The notes under the pieces: generated by a model | What the model saw: only the letters and a program-made list of their open reading frames with translations | Database searches by the model: none | What the model was told of the DNA's origin: nothing | In this document: piece after piece, positions 52,109 through 62,828 of the stretch | Layout: each line of letters opens with the position of its first letter | How positions within the stretch are numbered: position 1 is the first letter of the stretch | Assembly: GCA_047495785.1 (NCBI GenBank) | Contig: JBLDXI010000042.1 | Span: forward strand, 3,348,001-3,412,000 | DNA length: 64,000 nt | DNA from: Lepidodermella squamata | Lineage: Eukaryota; Animalia; Gastrotricha | Direction of reading: 5' to 3' | Position numbers and translations under genes: made by a program

Positions 52109-52819
52109 TATTTGTGCAAGTTTCCTCTCAACATGTAGCATTTAGCATCAAAGCAGATTTTGTTTTGTTTTATTATCAGACACTCATCAGACATCATCAC
52201 AAGGTTATGAGTCCCATGATTGTTGGGCGAACCGCGGTCCTCAGGCTTCGGGTGCCGAATGGTAAACAATCTTAAACAAACAATCACTTTTTCGTGGAGT
52301 AAAAAGAAGCAACAATCATTCCCCACTCAAAATTGTAGACCCAAGAAGCTGAATAAAGTTTGAATATGTATGATTAACTTTTCCATCCTGATATCCTCTT
52401 GATTTATTGATTCTATTGATTTAGCGAATGCTTTCAAAGTTTATTATGAAAAGGTTGCTTTTCGTTATAAGAGTCATGAGTAATTAAGCCGGGGCTCTAC
52501 TTATGACTCTTTACTCATTACTCATCTGGATGATGACGAGCATCAATGCTTTTGCACTTGATGAATCTGAATTTCGGATGTATTTCTCTGAGAATCCGAA
52601 TCTGAGAATCTGAGAAGTGCATCCGAAATTCAGATTCATTAAGTATAAATTTATTGGTGCTCGTCATCATCCAAGTTGATCGATCCTTACCTGTTACCTG
52701 AGAATCGAAGAGCACGCACATGAAAGCGCCTAATAAAGCCGTCTCATAAGCACAGATGAGGAACAGTTCATGTTGTCTTTTCTTTAAATGTGGTGGAAGA
52801 ATTCCAATGAGAAGGCTCA

Positions 52820-53330
52820 TTTATTTTATTTATTTATCTATTTAAGAGCTGTAACACCCAAGAGAGCAGCTCGATATAACTGAACATTGAAAGGTAACAT
52901 ATAACATTACTGGACAGTTACAATGTCAAATGAGGCACGATCAGTAAATCATAAACAAGGATGAGCGCCACATATGATTCTAACAGCGCGATCTTGAGTT
53001 GATTGGAGCCGATGCAACGTTGTCGGTGTTGCCTGTCTCCCAAAGTTCACTACAGGTAAAATTGATACGTCAATGAATAATACGCCTCGGCATGTCAGCT
53101 TACGCCATGTATCAGAACAAAATCCGGTCTTCAGTAACAAATATAGAGCGAGGATATCACGAGAATTATTTCACAGCAGGCTTTCGCACAGGTCAGACTT
53201 GTTAGAGTTGTGGGGATGGCAGATCAACCGCGCCGATACCCGCGCATTACAGTTAAGCACATCAAATGTTCAATATCATTCTTACAGTATACTCTGAACA
53301 TCGAGCTAGCGTTAGGAGTGACTCGCTCAA
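52820..53330 (-). mobile_element. Decayed 3' fragment of a non-LTR retrotransposon
   Basis: Peptide ILPVVNFG..TLHRLQSTQDRAVRIICGA resembles the post-RT region of LINEs. An (AAAT)n-like tail lies at about 52820-52843. The 5' boundary is approximate. Confidence 0.55.
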
Positions 53331-53371
53331 TTCCACAAACGCATGACTGCAGCTGAACTTGAACTTATGAC

Positions 53372-53618
53372 CAGGGTGCGATCTTCGATCCGCGAGCTCC
53401 CGGGGATGGAAAAAAATTTTTGCTGTTTTTGCCAAAATGACGAGTCATTTCGGCTAATAACCGAGCGAAGCGAGAAAATTTTGGAGATTTTCCACTAAAA
53501 CACGCCCCAGAACCTTCCAAAATTAACAAAACAGTAGGATAAATTCTCATTTTGTTGTCTGGCCCGGCCGAGCTGGGGGGGATGATCCCCCCCATCCCCC
53601 CCTGAAAGTCGCACACTG
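53372..53618. mobile_element. hAT-type MITE
   Basis: Perfect 8-bp TSD CTTATGAC (53364-53371 and 53619-53626); TIRs CAGGGTGCGA / CAGTGTGCGA. Confidence 0.9.
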
Positions 53619-54144
53619 CTTATGACGGTTTCGCAAGGATGCGCTACAATGTGTCCCCCTTTCCTGTTTCGGGTGGCGAAAATAATGATATATCAATTCA
53701 GTCTAAAAGTCGAAAAGCGCACAAGGGGATGTTATTGAAGATCAATCTGGCTGAGTAGCCCCCTGTCGAAGCAAGCCAGGCGTAAAGAGTGAGGTCAACA
53801 GCTCGTGTCCTCGGCAAAGAGAGCTAAACAAATAAACCTGTGACATCTCGACTCCAATCCAGTTCGTCCTCATGATATTTTAGATTGTTCCCCTCACATC
53901 CCCTCACTTCCCCCTGTTATCCAATTTATCAAGCTAGGGACCTGCCCATTACGCCACGCTGCAAGCGCAGCGCAGCGGCGTAAGAAAATACATATTATCT
54001 TTACATACACGTGCATAACATATAGTTATAATATAAGTTATAATACATAATATAAAGTTATAATACATATAGTTCTGATCATGACGTGGGAATTATTTAA
54101 ATAAATTGGCGAAGACAGAAAAGAGAGGACAGGAGAATTACGCA

Positions 54145-55350
54145 TTAATTGTTATTACTGTTAGGGTAAACGTGTAATTTAAGAGCGAGTCGGTAGTTAG
54201 AAGCTATAGTTAAGATGTGTGACAGTGCGATATTGTTGACGGATTTGCAAGTTACTATGGATTCGATAATTGAATTGGCAAAATTATTAACATCATGATT
54301 GATACTATCGAACGAGGCTAGTTGTGTTAGAGGAGCGTGGTTCGGGATAAATTTACATTCAATATAGAGGTGGCATATTAGATCTATAGTATCTTGGAAA
54401 TTTCTAATAGGCGTAGCAAGCGAATCACCATGTTTAAGACAGAAAATGCATTTCAATCCTAAGTTATTGATATAGCAAAAGGGTTTATGAAGAGAGTTTG
54501 TCCTAATCATACTGAGTATCCTAATATTTTTCACCGACCAAAAAGCATTTTGAGCATTAGAATATAGCAGCAATTTGTCGAAATTTTCGTCTGTAAAAAC
54601 AGGATTTTGGTATATAGTTTTTAAATCATTAGCTATAGATTTTTTGTTGTTTGTTATCCACACTTCGTACCACTTTCCAAGATGAGCCAAACCCTCAAAT
54701 TGAGAAGTGGCGGTGAAGATGTTGGTGCCCCCAAGTTTTTCGACATCACTTTGTAAATGTTTGAAAATATGGCGATATAGATTTTTATTTGCGTCAATAA
54801 CGTCAAAGGCAGTTTTGATAAGCACATGCTCGTTCTCAAACTTGAGTCGTAGAAAGTACCTGACGGCTGATTTTGTGAGGACAAGTTCAGGTGGGTCGAG
54901 GTAGAATTCGCGATTTACTAGTTCATTCCTAGCAGAGGTTGGAATTCGACAAATTTGTTTCACGAAATGGGTGTTAAATGAGAAAACTTTATTCTTTTTT
55001 GTCTGGCCCCAGAGGCCACTGGCATAAGTGTAGTTGCCGATGACGTATGAGTTGTGTAAAATATTAAATGTTTTCGGTGGAAGATAAGTAGTAAAATTCT
55101 CTATCATGTTCGGGATCAGTGCGGTTATACGTTTTGTATTCGCATTGATAACCTCCACCATTTTGTCGAAATTCAAATTATGCGTGAAATAGACGCCTAG
55201 GTATTTAAATTCTTTTACTCGTTCAATAGATTCACCGTTGAGAGTAAATTTTAGGTTGATATTTTCGGAAAAACGTTTCTCAAAAATCATTATTTTAGTT
55301 TTCTCAACGTTAATTTTAAGGGCAGATACTATAACGGTAGTAACGAGCAA
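54145..55350 (-). mobile_element. 5'-truncated non-LTR retrotransposon (RT thumb and C-terminal region, open frame)
   Basis: LKINVEKTKIMIF..LNGESIERVKEFKYLGVYF and C-terminal CIFC..HLYIEC knuckle. No YADD core is present. AT-rich composition differs from host genes. Confidence 0.88.
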
Positions 55351-56363
55351 TAAGAAGTTTCAGCAACGGTCGGCTTGCAGACGAAAGCAAGAGTTGAGAC
55401 GAAGCGTCGAAAAGTATGACTTCAATGTTCTATGTTGAAAAATATGACTTCATGAAGAGAGAAAATACGACGAAGTCACCCATATGTGAAACTACCGTTT
55501 GGGGTGACTTTGGTGACATGTAATTGATAATACGCTTCGTGAGCGTATCAACTTGGTCAAAATGCCAACTACGTTTGGCTGCAGGTCTTGCCAGCTTTCG
55601 ATTGACATCCATATCGACTATACTTCAATGTAACACATGCCACCGCGGTTATTCGAATAAGTCAGTTACAAAAATCAATGCCAATGTCACCCCACTGGGG
55701 TCACCCCAGTTGACGATATGTTGTTGTAAATTCCGCAATTCACCATGTAAATTCACCCAAGCCAACATTTGATGAAATCTTTTTTCAAAGTTAATTGAAG
55801 AATTCTAGGCACACATCCGGCTTTCCAGCTTTGTAACTACTTCCTAACTGTTAACCTTGTCACGACGGTTTAGCAACTAAAATAATCATTAAATGCAACC
55901 AGTCTTAAAGACAACAGCCGATCATATTTATTAAAAAAACTGTACAGGTGCTGCAGTATAAAAGATTTATAAGCCAGCCTATATTGGTTGAAGTAGCCGT
56001 TTCCTATTCGCCTCTCGTGCATTTGTCGAATTCTGCCATCAGATCTCTTGCCAGCGCCCTGCCTTCAACCACTCGAGCCAGCTGAACCTCGGACGTATTC
56101 GGTGTGCCAAACGACGCCCATGTTGTCGGTGCAGTGGAAGGCGGTGTTGCGCTGCTGCTGGTTGGTTTGGTAGTTCCTCATGTTGGCGTTGGCATGATAT
56201 TCCTGTCGCCGTACTAGTTGAGCCCTAAGTCGAGCGGAAAGCTACCGTCGTGGAATATCACGATTGTCTTCGAAAACACGAGGAATACATTTGCAGCTGC
56301 GTGGAAAATCAAAGATGAGGTATAAGAGCTCGACAAGGTCTGCGGAATGATTTTGAAGAATTC

Positions 56364-56750
56364 CTGTTACCTGTGCTAGTGAAATAGTTGCCTGCCTCAT
56401 GCGACAACTGAATGGCGACGTCAAGCTTGTCCCAACAGAAAAGCTTTATTTTTCCTCCGAAGCAACGACATTGAATGGCAACTTGTATTGGATGAGAAAA
56501 CTGTGGCGCTGATATCATTTTTGACGGGGACGCTGACGAATAGAGTAAATGGGCTGATAATTTGGCGACTGAAATCGCGTTTTCCTGGGACGCCCATGTT
56601 TTCTCATCCTGTTACGGCTCATAATGTGGCCAAGTTGACGCGACGTGGCTTTGTTGAGGTACCAACTGCCAGAGGTCTGCTCGCATCTGGCCAAGTCGAA
56701 TTGGGCGGATTGGCCGATACGAATAGCATTATTTTGGCGATTCAAAACAA
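56364..56750 (+). pseudogene. Inverted, internally deleted, frameshifted copy of the adjacent PPCDC-like gene
   Basis: High nucleotide identity to the reverse complement of about 57379-57863, with two internal deletions, frameshifts, a stop codon and no start. Confidence 0.9.
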
Positions 56751-57344
56751 TCGACAGCAGAAAGTACCATTGCTTGGGCAACGCAAAAACGACGGCATAT
56801 AAGCGTGAACGAATGAATCCCGTTCCGTTACTGTATTTGGACACCGCAGAAACGAAACCGAACATTCGCCTCGAACAAGCATTGAAACTGCCGCAAACCG
56901 TTGAAGCACTACAAGTAGGAATCTCTTGAATACTGATAGATAACTTACAAAATTTAACCTACTAATGAATAGATACTACCGACTTGGCTTCCACGGGAGC
57001 AGCTTTGACCGAATATTCATTCGCCGTATTCGATGATCTTCAAGATGACAATGGCCTCGACAGATCGAAAATCTGTTCCATCCAATCTATGAATGCGCAC
57101 ACGGTATTAGCAATAATCTACTGCTGCCCTTAGCCGATTCACACCACCGCCGATGTAACTTCGACACTACCTTTTGACACTCCAAGGAGCTGTTCCATAC
57201 AATCCATGAATAAGCGTATCGGCTGATTCCAAAACCATTCGAAAAAATCGTCGAGACATATGATGACTGTGTATCCAACCAACATGCGACTAGTATTGAA
57301 GGAGACATTGGTATTCATTGCGGCTCATCCATCGCCTGGTTTCA

Positions 57345-57896
57345 TTAATTTTGTAAAGAGAATGTGTGACAAGGCGTTTTGTTTTGAATCGCCAAAACAA
57401 TGCTATTCGTATCGGCCAATCCGCCCAATCCGACTTGGCCAGACGCGAGCAGACCTCTAGCAGTTGGTACTTCAACAAAGCCACGTCGCGTCAACTTGGC
57501 CACATTTTCAGCAGTAACAGGATGAGAAAACATGGAAGAGTTCATCGCTAACGCAAAAACAGCCGGCTTCGCCCGGGCGTCCCAGGAAAATGCGATTTCA
57601 GTAGCCAAATTATCGACTAGCCCATGGGCTATTTTCGCCAGAGAGTTGGCGTTCAGCGGAGCTATCAGCAATACCTCAGCCCATTCACTCAATTCGCTAG
57701 CATCGCCGTCTAAAATGATGTCAGCACCACAGTTTTCTACAAGCTGCCATTCAATATCGTTGCTTCGGAGGAAAAACAATGCTTTTTCTGTTGGGACGAG
57801 CTTGACCTCGGCATTCAGCTGTCGGATGAGGGACGCAACGATTTCACTAGCACAGGTAACAGCTACACTGCCGGTGCAGACCAATAAAATTTTCAT
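57345..57896 (-). CDS. PPCDC/Hal3-like HFCD flavoprotein, predicted catalytically inactive
   Basis: MKILLVCTGSVAV, WAEVLLIAPLNANSLAKIAHGLVDNL, AMNSSMFSHPVT. The catalytic His (LHIxL) and Cys (xCGD) positions read DASEL and ASGQ. Confidence 0.85.
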   Translation of the reverse strand: MKILLVCTGSVAVTCASEIVASLIRQLNAEVKLVPTEKALFFLRSNDIEWQLVENCGADIILDGDASELSEWAEVLLIAPLNANSLAKIAHGLVDNLATEIAFSWDARAKPAVFALAMNSSMFSHPVTAENVAKLTRRGFVEVPTARGLLASGQVGLGGLADTNSIVLAIQNKTPCHTFSLQN

Positions 57897-58009
57897 TGAA
57901 AAACGCCTATCGTAAATAAATGAAATAAATGTAACAATTCAAAATTTAAGACCGATCAAGAAATAAAAGACGTTTTATTTTTTCAGAAAAAATTTAGGAC
58001 TAAAAGATA

Positions 58010-60516
58010 TCAAAAATTTTGTGAGCGAGAACAACCAGGAATACTATCGCCCGACTTGCGTTTTCTCGGGTTCGTCACAGCCCCGTCTTCACTAACCGGC
58101 TGCTCAATGGCCTCGCCTTTACAGCACATGCAACTCAGGGCCGGTAAATTACCATCACTGGTCAGTTCACAAATTCGAGCGATGAATACCTCGAAAGACT
58201 GGTCAGGCGTGCAGTTGTTAGCGTAGTGATTTCGGACGCGATTTTTCACGGCCGAAAATTTCAGCGGATTCGCAATTGTCGCAGGCGTGAATTCAAGCAG
58301 CATAAGCCGCAGTTTGTAAGGCATCATATCGTCCGGGTGGCGCGACTCGACCCAACCCTCACGCTTACGGGCTAAAATATCCGCAATTAGGGCTTTCAAC
58401 TTCGGCGATGAATGCTCCTCTTGCGCAACTCTTGTCATGTCCAAGAAAATCTGCTCCCACCAGCGTTCCATGTTAATCGAAGCTGACTCAGAAGCCAACG
58501 ATTTTCCGATCGATAGAAACATCTCGAGAAGGCCTAAGGAATAATTATAAAAATTCGAAAATTAACATTTAAAATGGAACTAAATTCTAAATAATTGCTC
58601 CAATAAAAATGAGGTCCCAGCTTCCAGCATCAAAGGTGAGCGTCCTTGCACTAAATTGTTCGGATTCTTAGCGAGTTTGGCTTTTTGGTTTTTGTTGAAA
58701 TCTTAATGATATTGGGTTCAAAGCTGTTTGATGTCGGAAAAATCACTGATTTGTGAAATCGATACTCGGAATCGATATCAGCTCTGCATGCTGAAGTGTT
58801 CATCGTAAACTGACTGTTCAGAGCACAAAATACGCGTAATATGGAGATCTATCGGCTAGCCATGTCTAGAAGTGAAACTCGAAAACCCATCTTTCGGGGA
58901 AATGTAGAGCTGCAGTCTCAAAATTAGTGCTGGAACCCCAATTTAGGGTAGGTATGCACCTGGCAAACCAAAATAATGAAATGTATACCTTCGTAAATGC
59001 TTTCATTTTTCGTCGATATAGCAGCGTCTAGAAATGACACCATCACATTGAAAGGCATGTAGTTTGCCATTTGAAGTTGAGCGACAAGGCGCGGCAGAGC
59101 GGCAAGTTTCATTCGAAAACACGAATCTTCAAGTTCATACATTTGAAACAGATCATTACGTCGCTTTTCGACAATTTCCGCCTGTAGGGTGGCTAGAGCT
59201 CGCTCGCCTAACTCGATTTTCTCGTTCAGCGACTGCGAGCAATAGCCTTGAAATTCGACGATAAAATTTTTCCCGCGATTATTACAGCACTGGTAAAAAA
59301 ATACGAAAAAAATCAGAAAAAAAAGAAAAATTGCTAAATTTACCCGACTAAGGCTGATGCACAATTTCGTTGCGAATTCAAGGTACTGCGTATTTTCGAC
59401 CTGTTCCAACATTTTCCCAAGAAAATCATCAACCAACTGTGTGAAAACATGCGGCGGTTGATTTTCCAGTCGTTGCCTGATAGTGCTGACAACTTTATCG
59501 AAATTCGCCGGCGTTTCACGAATCAAAGCACTGAGTGAAACCGAAATAGGGTCTGTTGATAAGGAAGATCCAGACGGCATATTTGACAGCGGACCTTCAT
59601 CGCCACTATCATCGAGCAATATCACTTCTTCAGCAGGTCGGCTAGGCGCGTCGCTAATTACAGTGACCATGGAATTTGAGGCACTAACTGATGCGCGAAA
59701 TAGGCCACCCTTCTACAAAATTCAGCGGTAAATTTGAGTTTTTCCCGAATTTTCATAAATTTACCTGAGATAACATGGTGAGAAAACGCTGGACATCTTG
59801 AACGGTTTTTGCAGAGAAAACACCCTTGGCACATGCCTCGCGAAGGTAGGCGATGCGTTTGTCCCAAAACGCAGCGATTCGGCGGCATTTCTCCTCGTCT
59901 TTAGCAGCACGGCCTCGAATAATTCCAGCGTCGAATTCGTCAATAACTTGAAGCAAATTGTAGAGCATCAAACTGTAGTTTGTTTCGAATTCGTTTTCTT
60001 TTTCTATCGAAACAAAAGCTCGGAAAATTGTCGGCGGCATCAAGCCCATGCGATGGCATTGAGCAACAAAACTGAAAAAAATCAAATAAAAATCCCACCT
60101 TAATAAACAAATTCAAATATTTACCGCAATTTCTTGGAGAAGAAATAAACTCGTGAAATGACGCAACCAGCTGCAACTTCGCGAAAACGAACGCAATCTT
60201 TCGAATCAGTCAGCGTGCAGTAAAGACCATGGCGGAAACAGTACATCTTTAGAGCGCCCAACATTTGGACGTAGCTTTTGGCCAGTGTCTCATTATCAGC
60301 CTCGGCCGCTTTTGTCACCAGGTCCCATATACCATTCTGATGCTGGTGTTCGTTTTGCGACTTGCCGAAAATATTCTGAAGACCGGCTATTGTTTCCGAC
60401 AAACAGCGAGTAGGATTTGCTTCGAAACGATCGATCAGAGATCGAATTTGTCTTCTCTCTAGAATTTCGGAGAAATTCAAATTAATTCAAAAGAAATTAT
60501 ACAACTCACCTGCCAT
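58010..60516 (-). CDS. Multi-exon MIF4G-family protein R3
   Basis: 7-nt coding first exon (ATGGCAG|GTGAGT at 60516-60510), then ORFs 60121-60480, 59753-60085, 58924-59670 and 58010-58522. RGKNFIVEFQGYCSQ..RMKLAALPRLVAQL..PKLKALIADILARKREGW. Confidence 0.7.
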
Positions 60517-60639
60517 AACGGAAAAATTAAAAAAAAAATCACAACAACTCTACAAAAATTAAGAAATCGATATTTCATTGATTCAGGAAAACAGAAAACA
60601 ATTACAAATACAAGTGTAGAAAAAAAAGAAATTACGAAA

Positions 60640-62765
60640 TCAATTTTTTGGCTGTTTTTTAGATACACGAGTGCCGGGAGAAGATGAACTCAATCTCTTT
60701 CGCTGAATCGGAGGTTCACTCTCAACTTCTTGCGGCTCACATTTACATGAAACACAGTTTGGTTCATTCACCTTTGGCACGGGCAGTTCAGAAATTTCAC
60801 AGATACGAGTCAAAAATTGATTGAAAAAATTAGCACAAGATTCGTGATTTACATTGGCAGTCATGGCCTGAATTTGTTTAGTAGTTATCTCACATTTCAA
60901 CGGCTTGTTAGCTAGACCACTCGTCAATTCATTGAGCAAAATCTTCAGTTCATCCTCAGGTTTCCGAATTTTTCTCATCCAATTATCGGATTGCAAGGCC
61001 ATTATCTCATTAATGAGGACTCGAAGTCTATAGGAGGTATCGCAATCCTGACCTATAGACACCATGGAAGCAAAAAAATTCGGGCACCAATTTTCAACAA
61101 TAGGATTAGTTCGGCTGTTTTCGTTAATACACGCCCCAAAATTAGAGAACAGATCCAGCAAGCCCTCGTAAATTAACTCATTTTTCGTGAATAAGGCAGC
61201 ATCGATGAAAGATGTGAGGAAAGAAGCGGGTAAAAATTTCGCTTCGAAAAGCTTTCCCATCAACATCATGCAGCTCAAATATTTCTGTCTACAATTAATT
61301 TGCATGCTTTTAAAAATGTCGATCAGATCGCTTCTGTACGATTCATTATCGCCTGATGCCAGGTATTGATCTTCGAGGCTGGAAATCGCGATATCATCAA
61401 TAACAACCTGGCTAGTCACGATTTTCATCAAATAATCTTGAAGTTCATCTTTGAAATATTTTCCAGACGTATTTTTGACATCGGTTAAGGCGGAGCAAAT
61501 CCGGCAGACAAAGCTGGATACATCCCCATCAAGCAAACGTTTGCCGAACTGAAACAAATTACGATATATAAATATGATAAAAAAACTTATCTTTTATCAC
61601 CTCATCAGCTATTTGTGCAACAATTTTCGAAAAATCTGCAGGGCCGAGATTTGATAATCGCTCCCGATAAGATTTTATTTCATCCGAATTAGGTGACTCA
61701 GCGGCCAAATTGTCAAGAGGAGCGTTTGTTTCTTCGGAAGTAGTATCCTCAATATCAGGTTCGGTTTCAGCTTTGGTTTCACATTCTTCATCCTCGATAA
61801 GAATAGGAGGGGCAGAACAAGTAACAACAGACTCAAAGTCATCAATAACAACAGAACACAGCGATTGCGATTTTTGAACAGGAATATGTTGAACTGGTAC
61901 AGTTACAGAATTTACAGGCGTTTTGTCAATCAAAGGTGCTGCACGTGTAGCCAGCTTGAGAAGCAACACTCTCGGCTTAGGATCAACAATTTTCTGGAAA
62001 CTTTTCTCCCAACCGCCGTTATTTTTTATAAAAAGAACCAGCTGATCAATCGAAGCGCCGAGGTTGAAATTGTTGATAACCCGAAACCAGACAGGCGCGT
62101 GAGCTTTCAAATGCTCAGTCATTTCCATCCAAAATTTGATGTCATTAGCGCTGAGAGAAACGCGACATTTCCGGAGTTCGAACATAGTAGCCAGAACTTG
62201 GCGCAATAAGAAGGCGGCATCGTAATGAGAGAGATCAAATTTAACCGCTTGCACGGCTATTTTTCGATATAAGCCAGGTGTATTAATGGCTCCAATGCGG
62301 CCCAATTCCATGAAAAACCACAAACGGCTGCTCAATTTATTTCGGATTTCCGATAACGAGCACGTGTCTACTGCGAGATCAGCCCAAATTTTTACCATCT
62401 CGCAAAACGAATGAGGAAAGGTCACCTTACAATGAGAAAAACTATAAGAATTGATATATTTTACATGCGTAACAACCTTTGTCAAATCTTCTAGCAGCTT
62501 GATTTCTGCAGGTGAGGCGACAGTTTTAATGCACAGCTATGAAATGTTGAAATAGTAAATTTTTGAAAAATTATTAAAAAATTACCCTATCAAGAACGGC
62601 GAACGACGCGTGCCGAAAATCATCGTACTTCTTTAATAATGAGAATAGCCGCACTATTCCTTCAACACTTTGATCGCCGCTTCGAACGCCTTGCTTCCCC
62701 AAATTAGATATCAGCTTCAAAAGCTCCGAAAAATGAACAACACTCGATGGAAGATTAAAGGGCAT
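60640..62765 (-). CDS. MIF4G-family protein R2
   Basis: Exons 62765-62586, 62536-61601, 61548-60640. GKYFKDELQDYL..RQKYLSCMMLMGKLFEAKFL..YEGLLDLFSNFGACI..TSYRLRVLINEIMALQSDNW closely parallels eIF4G (SSRIRFMLQDVLDLRxSNW). Confidence 0.75.
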
Positions 62766-62828
62766 CTACTTGATAACAAAACAAAATTTCGCTAAAAATC
62801 TGAAAATTACGAATAAATGTGTGTAAAA

